From the human T2T-CHM13v2.0 reference genome, Homo sapiens: 64,000 bases of DNA. The translations under genes were made by a program, and so were the position numbers. Below the pieces are notes generated by a model. It did not search any database, was not told where the DNA came from, and saw only the letters and a program-made list of their open reading frames with translations. This document shows, piece after piece, positions 39,182 to 51,629 of this stretch. Within the stretch, counting starts at the first letter, position 1; every line of letters begins with the position of its first letter. The DNA is taken from assembly GCF_009914755.1 (NCBI RefSeq), contig NC_060936.1, one strand, 5' to 3'.

Positions 39182-39740
39182 CACTGCCTGGGTTCAAATC
39201 TCAGCTTTGGCACTTACTAGCCATTCAACTTCAGAAAATTTTATTTTTTGTTAAAAGAAAAACCTTCAACAAATTAAATTTAATAGAGGTAAACTGAGCA
39301 AAGGTTGAGGCACAAATTGAGCAGCCCCCAGTATCCCAGCAGATTCAAAGAGAACCAGCACAGCTGCATAGTGGAAGATGTATGGACAGAAAAAGGGAAG
39401 TAACATATAGAAAACAGAAGTGAGGCACAGAAACAGCTGGATTAGTTGTAGCTCAGCGTTTGCCTTATTTGAACCCAGTTTGAACAGTTGGCCACGTTTG
39501 ATTGGTCAAAACTCAGTGATTGGCACAAGTGTAGATTACAGTCTGTTTACATAGCCAATTAGGCTACAGTTCACTGTGCACAGAGAAACTTTTAGGCTGA
39601 ACTTAGAATACGTAAGGAAGCAGCTTTAGGCTAAACTTGTTAACACCTTTTATGCCCTCATTTTGTCCCTGTTGCCTTTCTTGGAAATTGAGGATTATGT
39701 ATGTCCCTCAAAGGGGCATGATTAGAATTAAATGTGTTCA
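39182..39740 (+). mobile_element. MIR split by MER57
   Basis: ctgggttcaaatctcagctttggcacttactagcc, resumes after 39646 ...gattagaattaaatg. Confidence 0.65.
39249..39645 (-). mobile_element. MER57-type ERV1 solo LTR
   Basis: tgttaaaagaaaaaccttcaacaaattaaatt...gtaaggaagcagctttaggctaaacttgttaaca. Confidence 0.88.
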
Positions 39741-39749
39741 ACAATTGTG

Positions 39750-40720
39750 CTGTATTTCTGTCGATGTAAAAACCCCAGATATACTAGTAAATAGAGTTCA
39801 GCAGTATAATAAACAAGTAATTTCCTATGAAGTAGGGTTTGCTCCCAAAATTCAGGGATACTTCCTTATTAGAAATTTAGGTCTATAATGTGGATACAAT
39901 CACTATAATTTGGGCATTATAATAGTACTTACCTAATTGAGTTCTTGTAAAGATTAAATGAGATATTTTATGTGATGACAAATAGTAACTTTTGATATAT
40001 TTTAGCTTTTTGTTCATAACATTATTATATCATAGATAACATATGAACATCCAGAGAATGGTGATATTTTGATAAAACACAAGAATTCTTGTTGAATTGA
40101 ATGTAGGAATTATAATAATTCAGGTAGAGAAAAATTTAATAAGATAAAAAATAGTTGCACAGGGATAGCCGTCAATATCATATTCAACGATGAGACATTA
40201 GCCAGACTATCATTAATCCCAACGATACTTGTTGTGATAGCTGTAATTTAACATTATTCTAGGAACTGTTGCTAATTTAATAAGTCAAGAAATGCGTATA
40301 AGATAAAAATAGCTGAAAAGAGTGAAACAATTCATTTTTTGCCTGTGATACATTTTTACACCAAAAAAGTCAACTAGTAAGTAAATTTAATAAGTTCGTT
40401 GCTGATAAAATAAATAGACAAATCAATAGTTTTTCCTAACTTTCAGCAATGGCCAGTTTGAAATTAGAATACAGTAAGAGTTCTCTATGGAGCAAGGAAA
40501 AACCCTAGCAATGAACTGAACAAGCAATGTGCATGGCCTGTGAGAAACAAAGGACACATTGCAATTGAGATTAAAAAAGAAGATTTAAATAGATGAAGAA
40601 AAATATTATCTGCCTTCAGAGGAATAAGGTACCTTATGAAGATGTTAGTTTTATGCAAATAACTCAATAACTTTAATAAAATTCTAACAAAATTTCTGAG
40701 GAACGTAACAAATAAAATTA
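39750..40720 (+). mobile_element. Very old L1 (L1ME-type) ORF2 fragments with an intervening MIR relic
   Basis: atcatattcaacgatgagacatta, tttaacattattctaggaactgttgctaat, gaagatttaaatagatgaag. Confidence 0.55.
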
Positions 40721-40880
40721 TAATTAAAAGAATATGATATTATTGCGTGGGGAAATTTTCCAAATACGATATGAAGTGAGGAAAGTAAGATGGAAAATTA
40801 CATGCTTATGTCATTCCATTTTATAAATTAAAATCTAGGGGCAATAATTATAAAATATCTGGAAAAAATACTCCCAAACT

Positions 40881-41215
<335 letters not shown>

Positions 41216-42760
41216 CTAATTTTCTGTATTTTTTTCAATTTTACACAATGAGAATGTATTACTTTCTGTATTTTTTAAAAAGGTATGCCACAGAAGTAAA
41301 TCTAGTAATTTTATCAGTGTGAAATAGGCACACTGTTGATGATGACATTGACATTGTTTTCTGTCAATCACACTTGGGCCCAGCAAAAACATCATTATCC
41401 ACAGTTTTTTGTGCAATGGATAATATATTTAATAATTAACTCTCCACAGTATGTGGAAATTATGTTTTGATACTACATTTTAATTCACATAATAGATTTC
41501 AGTAATGTATTTCAGCACCCACTATAATTAGTTGATGGGGTTATATTCATAAAGACCTGGTCCAACATAGAATTGTGTTCCCTTTAAGACCTTTTCCATT
41601 TGAATTTATCCACTCTGCTGTGCCTGGATCAATCACACACTCATACACACACACACAGACATATATACAGACACCTTTTTATTCAGATGATCATCATTTG
41701 TGGCTTTCAGAGAGTGCTTTTCATTTTAATTTTTATTTCTACCTTGTAGAAAAATGTCAAAAGATTGAAAGTCAGGTGAGGTTTAGAAATATTGGCAGTG
41801 AGGTGAGGTTTAGAAATTTAAGAAATTAAATGAAAAGAAATGCACTTTTACATATTCTAATATATGTTTTATTTATATAGATATATTATGATACTCTTAC
41901 AGAGAATCTATCAAAACCTTTTCACAATACAAAAAATGATGCTAATTACTATCACGGGTTTCAATGAGTGCTTTATTTCATAATGCAAAGCATTAAGGTT
42001 TACAGTCTTTTGATAGAAAAAGGTGGAAAAATCCATGTTGGTAATTTATGCAAAAGCTTCCTTTATATTTGTCATAATAAAATATTCATATTTGGAAGCC
42101 AAGTAAACATCTTAAGATATTTTAATAAAGCTTGTTTCTCTGTTAGTTCTCGATCTCCATGTTACGCTTTCATATATAGTATTATAGGAATTTTACAATA
42201 GTTTAGTGAGTTTGATGTTATTATTGCAATATTACAGAAAAAGAAATTTTAATGCAAAGATATTAAGTAATTTGCCAAGCAACAAAGAAAATAGTAGAAG
42301 GATCTAGCCTCAATGCCTGCTCATTATAATACACAGTACTTTTGTTTTCCATCATATAAGACATTCGTATCTGGATATTTCCTCTGAATTTTTCAATATT
42401 TCTTCCAAAGTTATCAGTGTGTTAGTTATCTCGACACTTCCAGGCACTTACATTCAACAAACAAGAATGTCACATAATTTATATCCCTGGGAAGGGAAAG
42501 TTGATTTTTCTCCTTTGCAAGTGAAACCTGGGGATTGTCTCTTTGGATCCTAGTGCTCTTAAAATAAGACAGTCACATCCAAGCTCTTTGCCTTGCTTGC
42601 AATGCCCTGTATGACCAGGCCCTGAGCTAGCTTGTTCAACCTTCATTTGTGCTGCCTGCCTGCTCCTCACTCTCCACTCTTCAGTCACGTGGTCTTCTGC
42701 TGATTCTCAGAACACCACAAGCTCTTGTCTGCCTCAGGAATATCTTACTTGGTGTTCCTT

Positions 42761-43136
42761 GGATATGGTTTGGTTCTGTGTCTCCACCCAAATCTCAACT
42801 CGAATTGTACTCGCATAATTCCCACGTGTTGTGGGAGGGACCTGGTGGGAGATAATTGAATCACGGTTGCAGTTTTCCCCATGCTGTTCTCGTGGTAGTG
42901 AATAAGTCTCAAGAGATCTGATGGTTTTATCAGGAGTTTCCACTTTTTCGTCTTCCTCATTCTCTCTTTGCCTGCTGCCATCCATGTAAGATGGGACTTG
43001 CTGCTCCTTGCCTTCTGCCATAATTGTGAGGCTTCCCCAGCCACGTGGAACTGTAAGTCCAATTAAACCTCTTTCTTTTGTAAATTGCCCAGTCTCGGGT
43101 ATGTCTTTATCAGCAGCATGAAATCATACTAATACA
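42761..43136 (+). mobile_element. THE1 solo LTR (THE1C-like)
   Basis: gatatggtttggttctgtgtctccacccaaatctc...cagtctcgggtatgtctttatcagcagcatgaaa..ctaataca; TSD tcctt/tccct. Confidence 0.95.
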
Positions 43137-43206
43137 TCCCTCCACCTGGCTTATTCCTCAGCAACCAGCTTCTCATGCTTCAAGTCTCATCTTAACTGCT
43201 ATAACT

Positions 43207-43522
43207 GGCCAGGCGCAGTGGCTGACACCTGTAATGCTAGCACTTTGGGAGGCCAAGACAGGAAGATTGCTTGAGCTCTGGAGTTTGAGACTAGCCTAGG
43301 CAACATATCAAGTCCCTGTCTCTACCAAAAGTAAAAATAAAAAGTTAGCCAGGCATGGGTGGTGGTATGCCTGTGGTCCCAGCTACTCAGGAGGCTGAGG
43401 TGAGAGGATTGCTTGAGCCCAGGAAGTCGCGGCTGTAGTGAGCCATGATTGCATCACTGCACTCCAGAGTGGGCCACAGAGTGAGACCTTGTCTCAATAA
43501 AAAAATAAACAAAAATTAAAAA
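43207..43522 (+). mobile_element. AluJ (Jo-like)
   Basis: ggattgcttgagcccagg, gagccatgattgcatcactgcac; 15-bp TSD ttaactgc(t/c)ataact. Confidence 0.96.
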
Positions 43523-44879
43523 TTAACTGCCATAACTTAGAGGCCTTCCTTAAGCTCTAAATCTAAGTAGGACCCAGCCTTTCATTCTTTCCCAAGTCAC
43601 TCTGTTTATTTCCTTTCTCAAATATAATGCAACCAGCAATACTTTTATGCCTTTGTTTACTCATTTGCTGTCTCTCTTCCACTACTAGAACTTATGCTCA
43701 ATAGGAGTAGGGAATTGCCAACTCACTCATCATGGTAAACCATGTTCCAGGCACATTATTTGGACCACAGTGAGCCCTCACTAAAAACTGAGGGAATGAA
43801 TACTTTTTTTTGCATGATAAACACATGAAGGCTGGACAGAAAACTTCAGACACCCATTCTGTCACATAGTCCTAATTTCTCTTGCGAGTTTCAGTAATAC
43901 AGAAGGCAAATCACGAGCCTTGAGATAAGGTAGTATTCCATTGTCCTCTAAAACCAGGCTTATGAACACAGACTCATGAAATATTCAAAGAAAAACAAAA
44001 TTGTGGTCAATCTCATTCACCAGGAAATCTGATGTTCATTCAATTGCTATAATTATAGTGAATGCCACTTTTAAAAAGATACCTTGCTTAAAAGGATATT
44101 ATTAACATTCATATAATGATTTTGTTTCTTTTTCTTTTCAGAGTTTCTGGAAGCCTGTGGTTAGGAAATCTTTCAGTTTTCTAATTAGTTTTGTTTTTTG
44201 TTTATTATTGGTTTGTTTGCTTTTTCTGAAGAATTAATTACATTTCAGAGTACTTAAGGCAGACAGTACACAATCTCTTGTATCTTACTCTAAATTTAAC
44301 TTTGCAATCATGAGTCTTTGTTACCCTATGCTAACTACTTCTGCTTTGAGTTGTTTCAAATTTTGATTTACACTATGGATAAAAATCCAGCTACCAGACT
44401 ATGTAAACTCTTTAAGAAAGAAAATACAACATGTTGGAAGTTTAGTACTTTATTCTCAGCAGCAGGCATTTATCCTGCTCCTACTATATGCACAGTTCTA
44501 GCAAAGAGCAAAAATAATGCAAATGGCTGTAGGGAAATAATGTCTGGTATATCCTGCTATTTTTTAATAGGCATCTTCAAAGAGATAACCCCCAAAGAAG
44601 AGCTTATCTAATTTGAATTGAAAACATAAAGGGGTTTCTTATAAATGGACTGACTTGCCTTGAAGTGGATATGCCAGGATTAATTATTAAAATAACCTTT
44701 TATTTATGAAATTTTCTAAGTTACATTACTCCAAAGCAAATGGAAGGAAGAAATAAAATTAGCCAGGCAGCGTGCCACAATTAAAAAACAAAAACCCTCA
44801 AATCCACTAAATTGCATGCAGCATCTTTCCTTTACATCATTATTTAGAAAACTGGGACTAGGACTTTGTTCATAGGCCA

Positions 44880-45010
44880 GCAGTAAATACATAGGCTATG
44901 ACGTCAAAGAACTTTAAAGCAAGCTCGATACAATAAGACTCATTATTCTTTGAGGCACAATGTTATTGGCGTATGGCATGTTCATTCCATGACTTCTTGA
45001 GTCAGTGGAT
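44880..45010. promoter_or_regulatory. Candidate enhancer with a full palindromic CRE
   Basis: GTAAATA 44883, TGACGTCA 44899-44906, CATTCCA 44983, TGAGTCA 44998. Confidence 0.4.
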
Positions 45011-45804
45011 TACATTTCTCAAAATGATTCCTTTTTTTTAATGCCTAAGCAAGTGTGCATTTTAATTTACTGCAGGTCTGAGAAAGTTTGTGTGGAGTGA
45101 CATGTCTTTAAGTAAATATAAATTTATCTTCGGTGACAAGCTAATACACATCACACCAGAGAATTTGGTATGGATTGATTTCTGTTTGTGGGAGAGAATA
45201 ATACTGGCATGTTTATTCTTCTATAAAGTTCATGGGGAAAGGGGATAAAGAAAAGATGGATTTTTCGAGTGGTCCTAATTACAAACAGATTACAACATTG
45301 ATATTGTATGACAGTAATGGAGAAGAATATGCTTCGATTATGCAATGACAAAGAATGGTGGATTAGGGACCACTGAGCTGGTGAATAAGTTGGAGGCAAG
45401 AGTAATTTGCAGGAAGATCACTTAAAGTCGAGTTTTCCTAGGCTAGGAACAGCCTGAAATTAGGGCAATCATCTGAATAATTCTCTGCCTGACTCAGGAC
45501 TGGGGGTTGATCAGAATCAGCAAATCATCTCAGTGGGAACAGAATGGAAGCATATTTGCTCCATAGGGAATATATACTTCTGCAAGACAATAACAGCTGG
45601 AAAGTCCCATTTTTGGTCTTAGGAAATACATAAAACATATAGAAACATCATTTCTCTATTCATCTTTGAACCAGGTCATCAACAAACATATGGTTTTTAT
45701 CTTTTGTCTATTCTATACACAATGTTGTAAAAATTCAAAATGAATATAATCAAAGAGCATCCAGCATAAAAGTGTGATTATAGGGAGAAGGTAAGAAGAT
45801 AGCA

Positions 45805-45862
45805 CAAACAAATGCACGTTTTTCAAACAAATGCACGTTTTTCAAACAAATGCACGTTTTTC
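45805..45862. repeat. Perfect 19-bp x3 tandem repeat
   Basis: (caaacaaatgcacgttttt)x3. Confidence 0.97.
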
Positions 45863-46899
45863 CATATTTCGTTTCTGATGTTTGGATATCATGCATTTGT
45901 TTTCCCTGTAGAGATATTAAGCTGCCAAATGAGAGTATGGGGGAAGTCTACATAAAACATATCTCTCTTTTTATTACATTTTAAAAGGCTGTCTGTTTTT
46001 CTATTTTGAAATTACTTATTACCTAAGTTATGCCAAATCTTTTCATTGCCCCTCAAATGGTCCAAATATAATCCTATAAAGTGCAGACAGATACAATTTA
46101 ATGCCCCAGATTTCTACTTCAATTTATTTTTTAAAATTGCTTATATTTAATTCTTCTTATTAAGCCCATGACTACTCAGTAATCCATTTATCACCTGCAT
46201 TGGGCTCACACTGGGGGCTCAGCATTTGACCCAGATTCCTGTTTTGTTTTTGTTTGCCTGAATGTGTTATGGCCAAACCTAAATTAGCAAAACAAAAGAT
46301 TAAACTTAGGGACAAAATTTCAAATTCTTAACTTCACAGGAAGTCTTTGTCTGTCCCCCTAAGAAAGTAAATAAATGAAGACATAAGCTAGGAAGACATG
46401 TTAAAATGAAATGATGGCTGCATTTAAGAATCAAGGTCAGCTCTTGGTTTACAGTGACAATGTGCACATATATGTACATATTGTTTCCACAGTCCTCTTC
46501 CTGGGGGAGATTTATGGCCTCTGATGGCTGTTCTGAATTAAGCAAATTGTCTGAACACATCAAATATTAAAAAATTCAATATCCACAATTTTTCATGGAT
46601 CATAAATGTGCTAAAGTTAATTCTCCCAAGCTCAATGATTATATTTTAGCAGATCTATGTATGTGAAAACTTCCATAATAGAAAAAAATAAATCATTTCA
46701 TAATTTTACCCTATGATAAGGTAATGATAATGATATGTCCTAATATTTGTTGCACTGATCATGTGGCTGGCCATTTTATATTCATTATCTCGTCTGATTT
46801 TCTTAACTACCCTATGAAGTGGGTTGAATGAATAGGACTTTGGGATATAATCATGAGCATCTTTATTTGTCTCCCCATGTTCCCTTAAAATTTGTACAG

Positions 46900-47287
46900 T
46901 GTCTTAGTCCATTTGTGCTGCTATAAAAATACTTGAAACAGGGTAATTTATAAACAACAGATTTTTTTTTGTCATAGTTCTGGAGGCTGGGAAGTCCAAG
47001 TTCAAGACCCCAGCAGGTTTGGTGTCTGATAAGAGTTGCTTTCTGTTTCCAAGATGTGACTTGTTGCTGCATCCTTTGAGAGGATAACTGCTGTGTTCTC
47101 ACATGGCAGAAGGATGGAAGGGCACAAGGGCGTAGCTAACCTCCTCCAGCCCTTTTATGACTCTCATCCATGAGAGCAGAGCCCTTATGACCTAATCACC
47201 TCCTAAAAACCCACCTCTTAATATTGTTAATTGGGGATTAAGTTTTAATATAAATTTTGGAGAGGTTGAAACATTCAAACTGTAGCA
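46900..47287 (-). mobile_element. MaLR solo LTR, MSTD/MLT1A-type
   Basis: tgtcttagtccatttgtgctgctat...ctggaggctgggaagtccaag...acattcaaactgtagca. Confidence 0.88.
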
Positions 47288-47976
47288 TAGTGAGAAAGTT
47301 CTTAGGACTCTTCATGGAAATGTAATCAGGCCCCATATTTTCTTCTGACTTCTCTTAAGGAAGCACAACTCCTACAGTCACTTTAAGCCACAAAATATAA
47401 CCTCAATTTTAGTATCTAGTTTATGAGGAATATTTGAAGTAAAAACTACTTTCTTCTGAGTCCAAAAAATCTCATAATTCACATGTAGCATTCCAACCCA
47501 GAGCTACTTGCCCATCTGGTCATTCTTATAGGATAGGATCCGAGTAAACCACCATGCCTGAAAACACTCATAACTTATAAAAAGTAGCTTAGATCCAATA
47601 TTTATTAGATGCAAAAAGTATATTTATAAGGTAAGCTAAGGTATAATGACTAACAGGACAAAAAGCTCCTATGTATACAACATTAGTGTAAGAAATAGAA
47701 CATTCTGTGTGCCCTTCCTAGTGCCATTATGGTAATGCATCTTTGTGATGGGTATCTGTACTTCATCCATTATCTCTATATTTTATTGTATGAACTTATT
47801 ATAATTTCTCTATTTTACTACTACTGGACATTGTACTGTTAAATTGCATTTTCATGATTATTGATGAGATTGAGCATCTTTTCACATCTTTATATTTCAT
47901 TCTTATTACCTCCTCCTCTGTCTTTTGTGTATTTTTTTTTTATCAGATTGATTTTTGGTTCTTTCTCCCTCTTTCG

Positions 47977-48022
<46 letters not shown>

Positions 48023-48682
48023 TTCCTGGTCCTTAACCCTTTCACAATTATGGCTATTGATATTTTATGTCAATGCATAGCTTATCTTTTTATTTTGCTT
48101 ATGATTATTTTTAATAAAGAGGTCTTAAACCTAATGCAATCAAATGTATCAATAATTTTCTTTCTGCTTTGCATTTTTTGCTTTGTTTAACAATTCTTCT
48201 TTATCCCAAGATTGTAAATATATTTTCTTATATTGTCTTCTAAAAGTTTGATAATTTTGCCTTTCATATTTAAGTCTATAATCCAACTGCAATTGATTTT
48301 TGTGTATGGTGTGATATAAAAGCTCAGTGTCATTTTATCCATATGAATGACTCTCCCAAAACCATTTATTGCAAGATCCATCCTTTCCTCACTGTTCTGT
48401 AAAGCCAGATCTATCATTAGATTTCCACATATTTGTGAGTCAGCTTGGGGAGTTCTATATTCTGCTCCATTGATCAATTTGTCTGTCCTTGCAATAATGA
48501 TACATTATCATAATTACCATAGCTTAAAAATAAGTTTAGACAATTTGTATGCCATTCAGCCACAAAGAGTTTCTCCTTCAGGAATATTTTGGACATTCCT
48601 GGATGTTTGCTTTTTCATCTTAATTTTAGAACCAATGTATCACAGTTCCCACATACACAGAATGAAACTAAACAAAATAAAA

Positions 48683-48861
48683 CACCCTGTCAGGACGGTG
48701 ATTGTGATTATTTTAAATCCATAGATTCCATGATGCAATCTATCCATTTTATTATTAATTAATAGTAAAATTATTAATATTATTATGGAATTATTAATTC
48801 CATGATTAAATCATGGGATCTGTGGATTTAAGATAACTGCAATCACAGTCCTGACAGAGTG
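48683..48861. repeat. 58-bp imperfect inverted repeat around an AT-rich palindromic spacer
   Basis: 48683-48740 vs revcomp 48804-48861, 48/58 identity. Confidence 0.9.
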
Positions 48862-49262
48862 ATGTCCTCACCTTGCCTTTATGACATGTCTTCTTATCAA
48901 TGTCAACCGGGCAAGTCCTTCTTTCTTAACTATGGTTTTTGGTGTTGGCTTGATTCGATGGGGTTATTAATTTTTCCATAATATTCCATTATGAAAAACA
49001 ATTTCCATTAATTCCAAATTTTAGAGTGTTAATTGAGTTCCTGGAAAAAAAAATTCAACTAAGATTTTATTGGGATTGCAAAATTGTGGGTAAATTTAGG
49101 GGAGAATTTACACCTTTATATTAGGTGGTACCATCCAAGAGCATAAATGTCTTTTTATTTACTTAGACTATCTTTTTATTTTTAATTTAAGATCTAAGGT
49201 CTTCTCCATAGATTGTATGTGTTCCTGTTTAAGGAATGCTTGTTGCTGTTGATGGCATTTAA

Positions 49263-50490
49263 TTTTTTTATTATACTTTAAGATCTGGGGTCCATGTGCA
49301 GAACCTGCAGGTTTGTTACATAGGTATACAAGTGCCATGGTGGTTTGCTGCACCCATCAACCTGTCATCTGCATTAGGTATATCTCCTAATGTTATCCCT
49401 CCCCTAGCCCCCATGCCCTAACAGGCCCCAGTATGTGATGTTCCCCTCCCTGTGTCCATGTGTTCTCATTGTTCAGCTCCCACTTATGAGTGAGAACATG
49501 TGGTGTTTGGCTTTCTGTTTTTAAGTTAGTTTGCTGAGAGTGATGGTTTCCAGCTTCATCCATGTCCCTGCAAAGGACATGAACTCATCCCTTTTTATGG
49601 CTGCATAGTATTCCATGGTATATACGTGCCACATTTTCTTTATCCAGTCTATCATTAATGGACATTCGGGTTGGTTCCAGGTCTTTGCTATTGTGAACAG
49701 TGCCACAATAAACATATGTGTGCATGTGTCTTTATAGTAGAATGATTTATAATCCTTTGGGTATATACCCAGTAATGGGATTGTTGGGTCAAATGGTATT
49801 TCTAGTTCTAGATCCTTGAGGAATCACCACACTGTCTTCCACAATGATTGAACTAATTTACACTCCCACCAACAGTGTAAAAGTGTTCCTATTTCTCCAC
49901 ATCCTCTCCAGCATCTATTGTTTCCTGACTTTTAATGATCGCCATTCTAACTGGTGTGAGATGGTATCTCATTACGGTTTTGATTTGCATTTCTCTAAGG
50001 ACCAGTGATGATGAGCTTTTTTTCATGTGTTTGTTGGCCACATAAATGTCTCCTTTTGAGAAGTGTCTGTTCATATCCTTTGCCCACTTTTTGATGGGGT
50101 TGTTTGTTTTCTTCTTGTAAATTTGTTTAAGTTCTTTGTAGATTCTGGGTATTAGCCCTTTGTCAGATGGATAGATTGCAAAAACTTTCTCCCATTCTGT
50201 AGGTTGCCTGTTCACTCTGATGATAGTTTCTTTTGCTGTGCAGAAGCTCTTTAGTTTAATTAGATCCCATTTGTCAATTTTGGCTTTTGTTGCCATTGCT
50301 TTTGGTGTTTTAGTCATGAAGTCTTTAACCATGCCTATGTCCTGAATGGTATTGCCTAGGTTTTTTCCTAGAGTTTTTATGGTTTTAAGTCTTACGTTTA
50401 AGTCTAAAGACTTGAGTTAATTTTTGTATAAGGTGTAAGGAAGGGATCCAGTTTCAGCTTTCTGCATGTGGCTAACCAGTTTTCCCAACA
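49263..50490 (-). mobile_element. 5'-truncated L1PA (about L1PA7/8), 1.2 kb
   Basis: L1PA 3'UTR; ORF 49889-50332 [33 protein letters not shown] is ORF2p; 17-bp TSD gatgg(c/t)atttaattttt (49251 / 50491). Confidence 0.97.
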
Positions 50491-51629
50491 GATGGTATTT
50501 AATTTTTATTAAATTTTCTGGTTGCTTATATTTTTTGTAGAAACGGCTATTAATTTTTGTGTTTTGGTCCTATATTTAGCCACCTTGTGAAAATATCATA
50601 TTAGTCCTAATAGTTTTTCAGGTTATTTTACTTTATTGTCTTTCTTTTCTTCTAGCCTTTATTTCTTTTTCTTTCCTCACACATTGACAAGAACTCCAGT
50701 ACCATGTTAATTAGTAGCAACAATATTGATATCACATCAAGCACTCCTACTCCTATCAAAACCCTTTTCTCTGAACTTGAGTTACAGGAGAAGGATTAGA
50801 AATAATACACAGAACATCAGCAGGTCTCTTTAGATCATATAGCTTGCAGTAGTTGGAGCTGTGACACAAGCCTGCATCATTTCATCCCAAAGACTTTGCT
50901 TGATCTTCAAGCAGATGTACTGTACTTACTACAATAAACACTAGACTTAATTCACTTCAATAAATATGTATTGATTATTTACTGGTAAAAATAAATATTA
51001 TTCTAAGTCACTTTTGGTTTGTCTAAAATTTGTATTATAATTTCATTGTAGTATAATTACATTCATAAAAAATGAGAATAATATAATACAGTACTTCATT
51101 TCATCAATTCCTCAAAAAAAAATTAAAAACCCAAATTCTTGGAATATTCTCAGCTAGGAAACCCCTCAAACAGATTAGTTAACCAGAAGATGAAACAAGA
51201 ACACTGCCATTTTTCAAAGTATTAAATTACCCAAGTGAAAGTCTAACATCAGTTTTATAAAAGGAATGTTTTACTTTTCACTTGAATAATAGACCTTAAA
51301 AGCTAAAAATTAGTCAATTCAAGTTTGCTCATCTTTCAGGGTTGTATTTGATTATTCATAATGAGAAGGCAGCACATTTGAAAGTAGACTATTAGAGGAA
51401 ATAGAACTTTAAAAAATTTTTCTAGTGACTGCACAAATAAAGAACCTCATTAATGAAGATGACTCCATTAAAAAGTTGGCTTTAGACACACATCACATGC
51501 AGTTGTCATTTTTACCCCTTTGGGATCTATTTCACTTTCAGACACTTGCAAAACAAGTTTTATCCTCTTGCACTCAATCAGGATTCTAATCCCTTTGTCA
51601 TCAAGTATTTGGAAAGTATTATAGGAGAG

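Larger units (their letters stand above)
42550..43801 (+). mobile_element. L2 fragment hosting THE1 and AluJ
   Basis: gccctgtatgaccaggccctg...cctcagg...gaggccttcct...ccactactagaac...gaatgaat end. Confidence 0.7.
47570..50730 (-). mobile_element. Old L1 (L1MC/ME-type), interrupted by L1PA and a fold-back scar; (TG)n at 47978-48020
   Basis: ORF 48187-48477 contains PYTKINCSWIIDLNMKGKIIKLLEDNI (ORF2p-like); resumes after 50491. Confidence 0.8.

Noticed and set aside
38846-39220. K/E/R-rich and F/S/L-rich ORFs
   Set aside because: Translation of a CT-rich low-complexity tract.
45805-45862. CRISPR-like direct repeats
   Set aside because: No spacers, eukaryotic context; a simple tandem repeat.
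49889-50332. 147-aa ORF with real protein similarity
   Set aside because: It is an L1 ORF2p fragment from a 5'-truncated, frameshifted L1PA, not a host gene.
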